Shown here: positions 1-9,869 of the stretch, in pieces | Numbering within the stretch: the stretch's first letter is position 1 | How the letters are laid out: every line of letters begins with the position of its first letter | Origin: an uncultured Lachnospiraceae bacterium | Lineage (GTDB): Bacteria; Bacillota; Clostridia; Oscillospirales; CAG-272 | Direction: 5' to 3' | Assembly (NCBI GenBank): GCA_964638675.1 | Contig: CAZXAU010000004.1 | Location: 62,977-126,976, forward strand | Length of the DNA stretch: 64,000 bases | Notes under the pieces: generated by a model | Told to the model about the DNA's origin: nothing | What the model saw: the letters and a program-made list of their open reading frames with translations, nothing else | Database searches by the model: none | Program-made: the position numbers and the translations under genes

Positions 1-1525
1 CAACAGAGTCGAAAAGCTTAGTGAAAATATTTCGTTTCAGCGAATCGGGGGAAAGAGTGGAACAATAATTGTCTTTTGTTTCTTCAAAATCTCTCTCTAT
101 CTGCGCAAGAACCGGCTCGTTTTCGAGATACATCCCACACTCATAATTGTAATACAGACTGCGGTAATCGATATTTGACGTTCCTATATATCCGAATTTT
201 GAGTCTGCAAGTATGATCTTCGAGTGTATAAACCCGGGGTTATACTCATAAATTTTAACTCCGCTCTTTATAAGCTTTCTGTAACTGCTTTTGGTAGAAC
301 GGAATACAATTTTCTTGTCGGTAACATACGGTGCAAAAACAGTTACCAAAACCCCACGCTCGGCGGCAAAACACAATGCCGAGAGAAGTGCATCATCCGG
401 TATAAGGTATGGCGAAAATATGTTGAGTGAAGATGTGGCACGTGAAATAATATCAAGCATCACATCCCTGCATATACTGCCGTCCGAATACGGAGAATCG
501 AAAAAAGGTTGAATGATGCCCTTATTGCCCGGCTTTGATCTTCCGAGAAGTCCGTCGAGCGATATAGTGTCCACTCTGAAGGCGTTCCAGAACTGTGCAA
601 ATGACGCAGTGAATGAATCAACTGCACGTCCTTCGATCCTTATGACAGAATCCTTCCAATAACCGTATTTTTCCTCACGGTTTATATACCTGTCGGCAAT
701 ATTGAAACCGCCGGTATAACAGCATTCTCCGTCAACAAGAATTATTTTCCGGTGGTCACGGCAGTTAAGCGATCCGAAGGCGAGAGGAGAAACGGGGTGA
801 AATTTAAGACATTTTACACCCGGGTGTTTTTTCTCCACCTCTTTATGAAAATATGATGAAACCGATGCCATATTACCAAAGTCATCATAAATCATTCTGA
901 CATCAACTCCATTTGCGGCTTTGTCGGATAAAATTTCCATAATTTCGTCAAACATACTGCACTTTTCGATTATGAAAAATTCAATGTAAACAAATCTTTT
1001 TGCACAACGCAGGTCTTTTATAATCTCAGGATATGCATCTTCTCCCGATTTATAATAACTGCTCCTTCCGCCTCTCGAAGCAGGAAAACCGCATCTATAG
1101 AAGAGGTATTCAAGCGTGTCCGATTTTACAGTATTGTTTTTTCTTCTTTCCGCAATTATCTGATTTGTTTCCTTCAATGCATTTTTCGCTATATGTTCGG
1201 GAAGAGGTGGCGTAGATCTTTCAACCCTTCCACGAAGACGAATTGTCGGAATTCCGTTTGAAAAGAGCAGAAAGAAAACCGTTCCCGAAAAAGGAAAGAT
1301 CAAAAGAAGCAAACACCATGGAATCTTTGAAAAGTGTCTGCTGTTTCTGCCGATCGTATACAAAAGACACCCGATCGATAACAGACGAACGGCAACGAAA
1401 ACATAAGGCGATCTGTATATATCGTCCGTAACAAATAAAACACACAGCAGTAACAGCATAACAGCAATTATGCCGAGAATAATATATCTGTAATATTTTT
1501 TCAATAATCCGAATATCTTATTCAT
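1..1525 (-). CDS. cls: Cardiolipin synthase / phospholipase D family (3' end outside window)
   Basis: Manual translation from ATG at 1525 after AAAGGAGG: N-terminal hydrophobic helices, YDDFG, and the HKD motif NCRDHRKIILVDG..YTGGFNIADRY..YWKD. Absent from the ORF track because it runs off the window. Confidence 0.88.
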   Translation of the reverse strand, partial: MNKIFGLLKKYYRYIILGIIAVMLLLLCVLFVTDDIYRSPYVFVAVRLLSIGCLLYTIGRNSRHFSKIPWCLLLLIFPFSGTVFFLLFSNGIPTIRLRGRVERSTPPLPEHIAKNALKETNQIIAERRKNNTVKSDTLEYLFYRCGFPASRGGRSSYYKSGEDAYPEIIKDLRCAKRFVYIEFFIIEKCSMFDEIMEILSDKAANGVDVRMIYDDFGNMASVSSYFHKEVEKKHPGVKCLKFHPVSPLAFGSLNCRDHRKIILVDGECCYTGGFNIADRYINREEKYGYWKDSVIRIEGRAVDSFTASFAQFWNAFRVDTISLDGLLGRSKPGNKGIIQPFFDSPYSDGSICRDVMLDIISRATSSLNIFSPYLIPDDALLSALCFAAERGVLVTVFAPYVTDKKIVFRSTKSSYRKLIKSGVKIYEYNPGFIHSKIILADSKFGYIGTSNIDYRSLYYNYECGMYLENEPVLAQIERDFEETKDNYCSTLSPDSLKRNIFTKLFDSV

Positions 1526-1670
1526 TCTGTCCTCCTTTGTTTATTATGGCTTTCGGTTGGTTGTAAATACAACTTTTTACAGTATAAAACTAATCCCCAT
1601 AGTGCAACCCTCGAATGTCTGAGATATTACGAGTGCCTGCTCTATGGGGTTATACAGTTGAACAGTTGAT

Positions 1671-2159
1671 TTATTTATCAAAAATCTCCTGAACGTCTTC
1701 TTTTTTCATTCCGAGAACAATATTGAGCTCCTCCTCAATACATCTTTCCGCATTACGTATAAACTGCAGATCAAAAACATGCGGCTTACGAGAGTATTTG
1801 TCACTTGAATCACGGTATTTACGAACCATCTTGACAGCCGCTATCAGATCGAGACGGCTGGAGCTGTCAAAAGCTTCCCTGTATAACTTTTTTCTTTCCT
1901 CTGCGTTTTCGATCCAGTCCACAGAAACAAGAAGCGAATCGGATATTGCCTTTTCAGCCTCCTGCTCAGATATTATGGGCTTCATTCTCGAAACAAGCAA
2001 TTCATTATCGATGGGAACGAACAAAGTTGCACTCGGTCTGAAGACAGGGCGGAGCAAATAATACTTCGATACAACGCCCGAAAAATCTTCTTCACGTATT
2101 TCAACAACGGTACAAGCACCCTCGTTTCTGTACATTACAGTATCTCCTACCGAATACAT
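1671..2159 (-). CDS. carD: CarD/CdnL family transcriptional regulator
   Basis: MYSVGDTVMYRNEGACTV..YYLLRP..LFVP CarD_TRCF N-terminal domain, 162 aa. Confidence 0.85.
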   Translation of the reverse strand: MYSVGDTVMYRNEGACTVVEIREEDFSGVVSKYYLLRPVFRPSATLFVPIDNELLVSRMKPIISEQEAEKAISDSLLVSVDWIENAEERKKLYREAFDSSSRLDLIAAVKMVRKYRDSSDKYSRKPHVFDLQFIRNAERCIEEELNIVLGMKKEDVQEIFDK

Positions 2160-2338
2160 TTACTCATCTCCCTCAATATACATTTTTTTCGCAAAATAAC
2201 TATCTTTATGACATAATTATAACATATTTCTTTAAAAAATGCCATAGTTAAAATGCACAAAAAAATTTCATCCGCCGAAAAAAATCAATATCTTTCCCCC
2301 GACGAACTCGGTGCCTAAGGAATGCTGTGAGAAGCAAT

Positions 2339-2797
2339 TCAGCCCGGATATGTTATAGAATCTGCAAGCTTGTATCCCTCATAGCAAAGACGCATACAGA
2401 AGTATTCACTGTCATTTAAAAGGAGCTCTAAAAACTTTCTGTCACCTTCCCACATGGGCAGTGAAAAGAGCCTGTCCTTTTGCACCCATTCAAGAGTTCC
2501 CTCATCACACTCAATTGAAACATCACCGTCATATCCGGCAGTATACACGAACATACACTCATCATCAACGCTGTCGGAATAGAAAAATACAGTACCTCGA
2601 AGACGGACGGATCCAAGCGTAATACCGGTTTCCTCCCTGACTTCACGCAATATACATTCATAAGGCGTTTCGTTTTTTTCAAGATGTCCGCCAACGCCTA
2701 TCCATTTTCCCTCATTGGGATCATTCGTTTTTTTATTACGGTTCAGCATGAGGTATGCTCCGTTTTTTTCTATATAACACAGAGTAGTAATTTTCAT
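2339..2797 (-). CDS. NUDIX hydrolase, MutT/MutX-like 8-oxo-dGTPase
   Basis: Nudix box GGHLEKNETPYECILREVREETG; TTLCYI start and MWEGD typical of MutX. Confidence 0.88.
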   Translation of the reverse strand: MKITTLCYIEKNGAYLMLNRNKKTNDPNEGKWIGVGGHLEKNETPYECILREVREETGITLGSVRLRGTVFFYSDSVDDECMFVYTAGYDGDVSIECDEGTLEWVQKDRLFSLPMWEGDRKFLELLLNDSEYFCMRLCYEGYKLADSITYPG

Positions 2798-2866
2798 TGT
2801 CCGTTCCTTTCATCTGAAATACTGATTCTCTTACCTGAAGCAAACGGCTCTATTGCCAAGGTTAAT

Positions 2867-4753
2867 TCATCTGTTCAGATATATAATGAGCACAGAAATG
2901 TCGGCAGGGCTTACACCAGAAATTCTCGATGCCTGACCGAGGGTAAGCGGTCTGATCTCCGAGAGCTTTGCTCTTGCTTCAAGTCTCAGACCTGTAATCT
3001 GATTATAATCTATATCCTTTGGCATACGGTAATTTTCAAGCTTTGTTGCGTGGGCAACGTCATCTATCTGACGTGCTATATATCCCGCATACTTTGTCTC
3101 TATCTGCACCTGAGTTATGACACGTCGGCAGAGCTTTGGATGATCGGGGTCGAATTCCGAAATATCGTCATAGCTAAGCTCAGGCCGCCGCAAAAGCTCG
3201 GCAAATGATATTCCGTTTGCAACCGTTTTGCTGTTTTTGCTCTCAAGCATTGCATTCAATTCGGCAGTCGGTTTCAGGAACAGTTTTTCGATCCTCTCGC
3301 ACTCATGCTTTATCTCTTTTCGTCTTTTCTCGACATCCTCATATCTTTCGTCACTCACAAGGCCGACAGAATGACCTATCGGCGTCAGACGCAGATCGGC
3401 ATTGTCCTGGCGGAGTATCAGGCGGTATTCGCTTCTGCTTGTCATCACCCTGTAGGGCTCTCTCGTTCCCTTTGTAACAAGGTCATCGATCAGCATTCCT
3501 ATATATGAATTATCCCTTGTAAGGATCATCGGCTCTCTGTTTTTGAGCTTCAACGCCGCATTTATTCCCGCAACAAGCCCCTGTGCGGCTGCTTCCTCAT
3601 ATCCAGATGTGCCGTTGAACTGACCTGCACCGTAAAGCATGCCGATCTTTTTAAATTCAAGTGTCGGCAAAAGCTCGAGAGGATCGACACAATCGTACTC
3701 TATGGCATATGCCGGGCGCATTATCTGCGCATTTTCAAAGCCCTTGAGCGAATGCAGCATTTCAAGCTGAACATCCGGCGGAAGTGAGGTCGAAAAGCCC
3801 TGAATATACATTTCGTTCGTGTCCGCACCGACAGGCTCGACAAAAAGCTGATGTCTTTCCTTGTCTGCAAACCGTACTATTTTATCCTCGATACTCGGAC
3901 AGTATCTCGGGCCTGTTCCTTCAATAAGTCCCGAATACATCGGAGAACGTCCGAGGTTGTCTCGTATTATTTTGTGGGTAACTTCATTGGTGTAGGTGAT
4001 ATAACAGGGGATCTGATCTATAGAATTGAGCAGATCTTCGTCATATGTCAGGGAAAACGGCGTTATATGATCTTCTCCATCCTGACGCTCGAGCTTTGAA
4101 AAATCAATACTTCGGCGGTCAACTCTTACAGGCGTACCGGTCTTGAATCGCATGAGGTTGATCCCAAGTTTCCTCAGATTCGCTGAAAGTCCGACAGAAG
4201 GAAGTCCGGCATCAGGCCCCGATGATATCGATACATTGCCGACAATGACTCTACCGTCAAGATATGTTCCCGAGCATATTATCACCGCACGGCAGGAATA
4301 ATAAGCCCCGAGTGATGTGACAACACCGCAGACGCTCCCTGAGCTGTCAAGATCGATCTCAACTATCTCAGACTGCACTATTGACAGATGCTCTGTGTTT
4401 TCAAGCGTCTTTTTCATGATCGTATGATACTTCGCTCTGTCCGCCTGTACACGTTTGGAGTGTACAGCAGGGCCTTTTCCGGTATTAAGTGTTCGGCTTT
4501 GCAGAGTGACCTCATCAGCCGCACGTCCCATTTCTCCGCCGAGAGCGTCAATTTCAAATACAAGGTGTCCCTTCCCGGTTCCGCCTATCGAAGGATTGCA
4601 TGGCATATTACCTATGCTGTCAAGCGACATTGTAAAAAGAATCGTATCCATTCCGAGACGGGCGGCGGCTAGCGACGCCTCAATACCGGCGTGACCTGCT
4701 CCGATAACCGCTATATCACAGCTTTTGATATTAAATGTTTCTTTAGTTTTCAT
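2867..4753 (-). CDS. mnmG: tRNA uridine-5-carboxymethylaminomethyl modification enzyme MnmG/GidA
   Basis: GAGHAG, MPCNPSIGG, RFKTGTP, GPRYCPSIEDK, GQFNGTSGYEEAAAQG, ASRISGVSPAD. Confidence 0.98.
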   Translation of the reverse strand: MKTKETFNIKSCDIAVIGAGHAGIEASLAAARLGMDTILFTMSLDSIGNMPCNPSIGGTGKGHLVFEIDALGGEMGRAADEVTLQSRTLNTGKGPAVHSKRVQADRAKYHTIMKKTLENTEHLSIVQSEIVEIDLDSSGSVCGVVTSLGAYYSCRAVIICSGTYLDGRVIVGNVSISSGPDAGLPSVGLSANLRKLGINLMRFKTGTPVRVDRRSIDFSKLERQDGEDHITPFSLTYDEDLLNSIDQIPCYITYTNEVTHKIIRDNLGRSPMYSGLIEGTGPRYCPSIEDKIVRFADKERHQLFVEPVGADTNEMYIQGFSTSLPPDVQLEMLHSLKGFENAQIMRPAYAIEYDCVDPLELLPTLEFKKIGMLYGAGQFNGTSGYEEAAAQGLVAGINAALKLKNREPMILTRDNSYIGMLIDDLVTKGTREPYRVMTSRSEYRLILRQDNADLRLTPIGHSVGLVSDERYEDVEKRRKEIKHECERIEKLFLKPTAELNAMLESKNSKTVANGISFAELLRRPELSYDDISEFDPDHPKLCRRVITQVQIETKYAGYIARQIDDVAHATKLENYRMPKDIDYNQITGLRLEARAKLSEIRPLTLGQASRISGVSPADISVLIIYLNR

Positions 4754-4910
4754 TTGTTTATTTTATAATAACGGTGAGGAATATATTAAATACTTCGATT
4801 TGCATGAATACATCGGTATATCAATATATCGCTGTATTTCAAAAGAGTGAAGTATTGTTTTCACCGACCTTTGCATAGGTTAAATTATCTTATTTTCACT
4901 TTGATTTCTG

Positions 4911-4939
4911 TTGACAATAATCAAAATACAGCATATAAT
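4911..4939 (+). promoter_or_regulatory. sigma-A promoter, upstream promoter toward tRNA-Cys
   Basis: TTGACA(4911-4916)-17 bp-TATAAT(4934-4939). Confidence 0.7.
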
Positions 4940-4976
4940 TATAATAGAAAGTGAAAAAGAAATATCAGACAGTATA

Positions 4977-5005
4977 ATTGTATCATAAAAGCAGAATTTT
5001 GTCAA
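4977..5005 (-). promoter_or_regulatory. sigma-A promoter of mnmG
   Basis: Minus strand TTGACA-17 bp-TACAAT with extended TG. Confidence 0.65.
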
Positions 5006-5093
5006 TGCTTTTAATATATACGCAATTTCAGCTCTGCGATGCAAAAAAAGAGTAAAGAATTATCAATTCAAAAAAATAAAATGAAAAAAGCAC

Positions 5094-5122
5094 TTGACAA
5101 GTGGGAAATGATGTGCTATAAT
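5094..5122 (+). promoter_or_regulatory. sigma-A promoter of tRNA-Cys
   Basis: TTGACA(5094-5099)-17 bp-TATAAT(5117-5122) with an A-rich UP element. Confidence 0.85.
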
Positions 5123-5159
5123 AGCAAAGCACTGTTGAGAAAACAATTTAATAAATAAC

Positions 5160-5233
5160 GGCGCCATAGCCAAGCGGTAAGGCAGAGGTCTGCAAAACCT
5201 TTATCCCCGGTCCGATTCCGGGTGGCGCCTCCA
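5160..5233 (+). tRNA. tRNA-Cys(GCA)
   Basis: GGCGCCA/TGGCGCC acceptor stem, anticodon loop CTGCAAA, U73 discriminator, encoded CCA. Confidence 0.95.
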
Positions 5234-5384
5234 TTTGAAAAGGTCCCGCAGTTAGAACCATGAGTGTTCAATTGTGAGGGCTTTTCTTATTCTAAAATGC
5301 TTTTATAGCAAGGATAAAGAACATTATTGGAAATGTAATAATACTTGTTTACATATTTTTTGTATACAAAGGAGAAAAGCTAAA

Positions 5385-5843
5385 GTGGATAGGGTGGGAT
5401 ATTGTTTTAAACAGCTTGATGAGAGTAAAGCAACTGTTATCGAGGAGCTATTTGTCAGCGTTTTTACGAAAGAGCCATGGAATGATGATTGGTCTGATAA
5501 AAATCAACTACAATTATATATTCATGATTTGATAGGTCAAAAAAATTCCCTGACTTTTGGCTTATATGAAGAAACAGAATTGATTGGAATATCTATGGGA
5601 CATATAAGACACTGGCATACCGGTACGGAATATTATATTGATGAACTGTGTATCAGAACTTCAAAACAAAGAGAAGGAATCGGCACTCTATTTGTAAATG
5701 AGATAGAGAAGGCATGTAAAGAATTAGGTTTGTTTCATATCTTTTTGCTGACCGAAAATAATGTACCGGCATATGAGTTTTATAAAAAAAGAAAATTTTA
5801 TGAGTGCAAAAACAGTGTAGCGTTTGTAAAAAAGTTACAGTAA
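5385..5843 (+). CDS. GNAT family N-acetyltransferase
   Basis: EPWNDDW, YYIDELCI..QREGIGT acetyl-CoA motif, AYEFYKK; probable GTG start after AAGGAG. Confidence 0.85.
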   Translation: MDRVGYCFKQLDESKATVIEELFVSVFTKEPWNDDWSDKNQLQLYIHDLIGQKNSLTFGLYEETELIGISMGHIRHWHTGTEYYIDELCIRTSKQREGIGTLFVNEIEKACKELGLFHIFLLTENNVPAYEFYKKRKFYECKNSVAFVKKLQ

Positions 5844-6367
5844 GATTGTATAACAACAAATTGATTAAAAATCCGGATTTATCGAGAAAATTACACATTT
5901 TACAAACCCAAAAAATTCCCGTATAATTATGTTATGAATATGTATTGCGAAGATTTTTCATGAGATATAAAGCTGAGAAAAGATACTTGACCGTTTGCGG
6001 TGTGGATTTGGATGATACATCGAATATATTATGATTGCAAAAAACGTATACATAGTAAAGGGTAGTAATCCCATTGAAAATGTAAACGCATTACTTGAAT
6101 AATTCTTGAAGTTATGGAAAGCGAATTTTTACTATTTTGTCCGTTAATCACAAAAAACCGAACGCTGCCGTGTCCGGTTTTTTATATAGTGTTTTCAGAA
6201 ATCATTTTTGCATTGAGTGCAGATATCCGTAAGGACAGAAAAAAATATTTTACATGTATAGAAAAGCTGATCTTATTGATTGCATAAAAATCGAAAGAAT
6301 AAAAAATGGGAATTGGGCGTATAATCAAAAGTGCTTATGGTTTAGCAAGTAGGCTGTCTATCTTCAA

Positions 6368-6832
6368 ATGTCTATTAATGAATTATCTGTTCTTCCCGAC
6401 GAGGATCTTTTCGACGCCGTTCTTGTGAGAACCGAACACAAGGTAGACAGCTTTGACGAATGGGAAGACGGAGTGAATTCTCTGAATCGGTCGCAGAAGA
6501 TCTTTTATTCTGTGAATTGGCTGGATACAGAGGTAAACAACGGCGGTCTGTGCCAATTTTTTGTTAATTCAAGCCGTATGGTCGCACCGTATATAAGCGA
6601 ATATCTGGAGATCATCGGAGCATATAAACACAAAAATTTGTATGACGGCTTTATAATAAAAAACGGGATCGACCTCGCCGATCTCTCGTTTTTTGATATT
6701 GATGATGTCAAGGAATACGAGAAAAAAGAAGAAAGTTATCGGTTTGATGAATTCGATGACGCTTTCTACGATCTGAAACCGCTTGAAACATATCTGACTG
6801 AATTTATTAAATCACATCTGACAGATTTCTGA
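6368..6832 (+). CDS. DUF4375 / DMP19-like acidic protein, possibly 5'-truncated
   Basis: EVNNGGLCQFFVNSS motif; no RBS and an in-frame TAG five codons upstream. Confidence 0.65.
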   Translation: MSINELSVLPDEDLFDAVLVRTEHKVDSFDEWEDGVNSLNRSQKIFYSVNWLDTEVNNGGLCQFFVNSSRMVAPYISEYLEIIGAYKHKNLYDGFIIKNGIDLADLSFFDIDDVKEYEKKEESYRFDEFDDAFYDLKPLETYLTEFIKSHLTDF

Positions 6833-6967
6833 CAGTCACAGCCTTAATCAAGTGCCTTTCAGGGTTCGCCCGGAATTGCTTTTTCTTCAGGATAAGACAG
6901 ACCAATAAAAGGTCTGTCTTTTTTATCTGATTTTTCATGACAACATTCGACAGGACGGAACTGCGGA

Positions 6968-7795
6968 TCAGTTCCGACCCTCACACAGTGTTCCGAGTGC
7001 CTGCTCGAAGTTGACGCCGTACCAATTGCCCTTATTGTCATCAAGCGTCTTTCTTATCGAAAGCGCCGTGAAATCTGCCGCTTGCGCACATGCATCGTGC
7101 AGAGTTTTTCCGTTTACAAGTCCGCCAAGACAGACGGATGAGTATATATCGCCTGTTCCGTGATATCTTGCTTTGACTTCGTCTGTAAAATACGAGAAAA
7201 ATTCGCCCTTTTCTCCATCATACCCGTATACGCCGAGCTTATCTTTTTCGAGCGTTACACCTGTAATAACAGCGCTCTTTGCACCGAGCGAGAGCAGTCC
7301 GTTCAATACTTTCTTAAGAAATTCTTCGTCATAGCTCTCTGGATATTCCATTCCGAGCATATAGCAACTTTCTGTCAGGTTGGGAACGATGACGTCTGCT
7401 TTTGCACAGAGTGTAGCCATTGAAAGTGCAAAGCTTTTGTCGAATCCTGCATACATTTTTCCGTTGTCTGCCATTGCGGGATCTACAAATTTCAAAATGC
7501 CGTCACCGAAATCATCAAGCATCTGCTTCATCAGATCTATCTGTGTCTGCGAGCCGAGATATCCGGTATACAATGCATCAAAGCCTATCTTTTCCTCTTT
7601 CCAGTGGTTGAGGATGGGTGATATATCCTCTGTGAGGTCACGGAAGGTAAATCTCGAAAACTGTGTATGCGTCGAGAGAACTGCGGTCGGAAGCACAGCC
7701 GCCTCAATTCCCATCGCCGAAATGATCGGAAGTGCTACTGTCAACGAACATTTTCCCACGCACGAAATATCCTGTACTGTCAAAATTCTTTTCAT
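6968..7795 (-). CDS. pdxK: Pyridoxal/pyridoxamine kinase
   Basis: QDISCVGKCS, LPTAVLSTHT, YTGYLGS, VDPAMADNG, PNLTE, HGTGD; start after GGAG. Confidence 0.92.
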   Translation of the reverse strand: MKRILTVQDISCVGKCSLTVALPIISAMGIEAAVLPTAVLSTHTQFSRFTFRDLTEDISPILNHWKEEKIGFDALYTGYLGSQTQIDLMKQMLDDFGDGILKFVDPAMADNGKMYAGFDKSFALSMATLCAKADVIVPNLTESCYMLGMEYPESYDEEFLKKVLNGLLSLGAKSAVITGVTLEKDKLGVYGYDGEKGEFFSYFTDEVKARYHGTGDIYSSVCLGGLVNGKTLHDACAQAADFTALSIRKTLDDNKGNWYGVNFEQALGTLCEGRN

Positions 7796-7983
7796 ATTAA
7801 TCTCCATTCTGCCGCTTAGCGGCGATACAAATAGTTATGGAATTCTCCTTAAAAATGGATTGAGTCTATTTAAAAGGAGAATTTGAGCGTGAAACAACTG
7901 TACATATAGTTTGATTTAATGTAATTTTCACGCTACCTCTTTTTTTATTTTCTTGTTGCATTTTTCTTATGACTGTATTATAA

Positions 7984-8040
7984 TTGATTTTGGTATTATT
8001 TAAATAACCATTTTTGTATAAATTAATAATACCAGATCAA
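7984..8040. promoter_or_regulatory. Putative MocR/PdxR operator
   Basis: Inverted repeat TTGATTTTGGTATTATT ... AATAATACCAGATCAA containing ATACCA half-sites, between divergent pdxK and the MocR gene. Confidence 0.5.
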
Positions 8041-8057
8041 AAAAGAGGATAACATAT

Positions 8058-9422
8058 ATGTACGATTTTGAGAAAAGGGGAAACACTCCTATATTCAAAT
8101 TTCTCTGCCAATGCATAAAGGATGATATATCGAGGGGAACACTTCGTTCGGGTGACCGCCTGCCGTCAAAACGCAGGACCGCCTCGCAGTACGGCATAAG
8201 CGTGACAAGCGTTCAGAATGCCTACGAACAGCTGATAAGCGAAGGTTATATAGTCGCCCACCAAAAAAAGGGGTATTATGTTTCTGATATATCCGACATT
8301 CCCGATTATAAACCGGTAAAAAAAGAAAAGAGGGCAAATAAAACACCCTCACAGCCGGAAACAAATATCAGATCGACTGCCGGAAATGATCTTTTTCCCT
8401 TTTCAGTATGGAGTCGTCTTATGCGGCTTGTGCTGAGCGAGCAGATGGGAAACATCCTCCTTCGCACTCACCCGAACGGAGTTTTCGAGCTTCGTGCGGC
8501 AATATCCGACTATCTTTACAGATCATCGGGGATCGATATATCACCGGAGCGAATAGTTGTCGGTGCCGGAACCGAATATCTCTGTTCGCTTATAGTCATG
8601 CTTCTCGGCAGAACTAAGATCTACGGATTTGAAGACCCGGGTTACAAAAAAATAGCCTATCTTATCTCGTCATGCGGTGCGGGAATCAGATTTCTCGAAA
8701 CCGACAAAGAGGGCGTAAAGCGTGATTCTCTCGAAAAAAGCGGTGCTTGCGTGCTTCATGTATCGCCGTCAAATCAGTACCCGACAGGAAATCTCATGAC
8801 GGCGCCGAGACGCTATTCGCTTCTTTCATGGCTTGAAGAATCGGAGGAAAGATATATCATAGAGGATGACTACGGATCTGAGATATACCTTTGCGGCAGA
8901 AAAATGCCGACGCTTTTTGAAATCGATCCCTGCGGCAGGGTTATCTATATGAACACCTTCACGACCACAATTTCCCCCTCTTTTCGTATAGGATATCTTA
9001 TCCTGCCCGAAAAGCTTTGTGAAAAGCTGAAAAACGATCTCGGCTTTCTCTCATGCACCGTTCCCTCTTTTGAACAGTACACACTTGCCAGATTCATTTC
9101 AGACGGTCATTTTGAAAGCTATCTATCCAAGCAAAGAACCAGATACAGAAATACGCTGGCTGAACTGAAAAAAGAAATATCAAATATTCCGGGAATCGAA
9201 TTAGAATATCACGGAACGGGAACAAATGTCATACTGAAACCGACAAAGAAAACAGACAATGAAAGAATCAAAAAAATTGCTTCCTCCATTCCCTGTCTTT
9301 CAATGCTCAACGATTACAGAAAAAATAAGATCGAAAACGACACAACAATGATACTTGATATTTCACTGCTTGATAAGACAAACGATATATCATTCCTCAA
9401 ATCGGATATTTTTAAATCATAG
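8058..9422 (+). CDS. MocR/PdxR family regulator (GntR HTH + aminotransferase-like domain)
   Basis: RLPSKR..AYEQLISEGY HTH; EDPGY, SPSNQYPTG, IIEDDY; divergent from pdxK. Confidence 0.92.
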   Translation: MYDFEKRGNTPIFKFLCQCIKDDISRGTLRSGDRLPSKRRTASQYGISVTSVQNAYEQLISEGYIVAHQKKGYYVSDISDIPDYKPVKKEKRANKTPSQPETNIRSTAGNDLFPFSVWSRLMRLVLSEQMGNILLRTHPNGVFELRAAISDYLYRSSGIDISPERIVVGAGTEYLCSLIVMLLGRTKIYGFEDPGYKKIAYLISSCGAGIRFLETDKEGVKRDSLEKSGACVLHVSPSNQYPTGNLMTAPRRYSLLSWLEESEERYIIEDDYGSEIYLCGRKMPTLFEIDPCGRVIYMNTFTTTISPSFRIGYLILPEKLCEKLKNDLGFLSCTVPSFEQYTLARFISDGHFESYLSKQRTRYRNTLAELKKEISNIPGIELEYHGTGTNVILKPTKKTDNERIKKIASSIPCLSMLNDYRKNKIENDTTMILDISLLDKTNDISFLKSDIFKS

Positions 9423-9484
9423 ATTTTTCTCTCTTTTCAAATCATGTTTACTGACGATCTGTTACCCAAATTCTTCGTAAAAGT

Positions 9485-9750
9485 GACATAACGGGCGGCT
9501 ATATATAACAGATAACCGCCCGTTAGACCGGAAGTTGTATCTCTTACCATCGCAACTCACACTTACCGGTAGCACTCTCAAATTCCCAACGTATATAGTA
9601 GCTGTTTTTTGCTTTCAGATCCATTTCACCCGTACGGCGGCTTTTTTGCGTTTTTCGGTTAAGCCTTCGACCCATCTGCGTTATAGTGTGTACAGCGTTC
9701 AAATAGAACCTATTCAGTTATGGTTGTTTAATAAAATCAGCACCTGCATC
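9485..9750 (-). ncRNA. Putative orphan small RNA (~260 nt)
   Basis: Promoter TTGACT-17-TATAAT (9784-9756), terminal hairpin TAACGGGCGGTTAT..ATAGCCGCCCGTTA, no RBS-led ORF between them. Confidence 0.4.
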
Positions 9751-9869
9751 ACATTATTATACTATTGCTAAATAAATTAGTCAAGTGCTATTTAATATTA
9801 ACAGCGGATTCTTTGCAAAAAAAGTATAATAATATTTAGAAAACCGTGATGTGTAAGGGAGGTGTCCGT

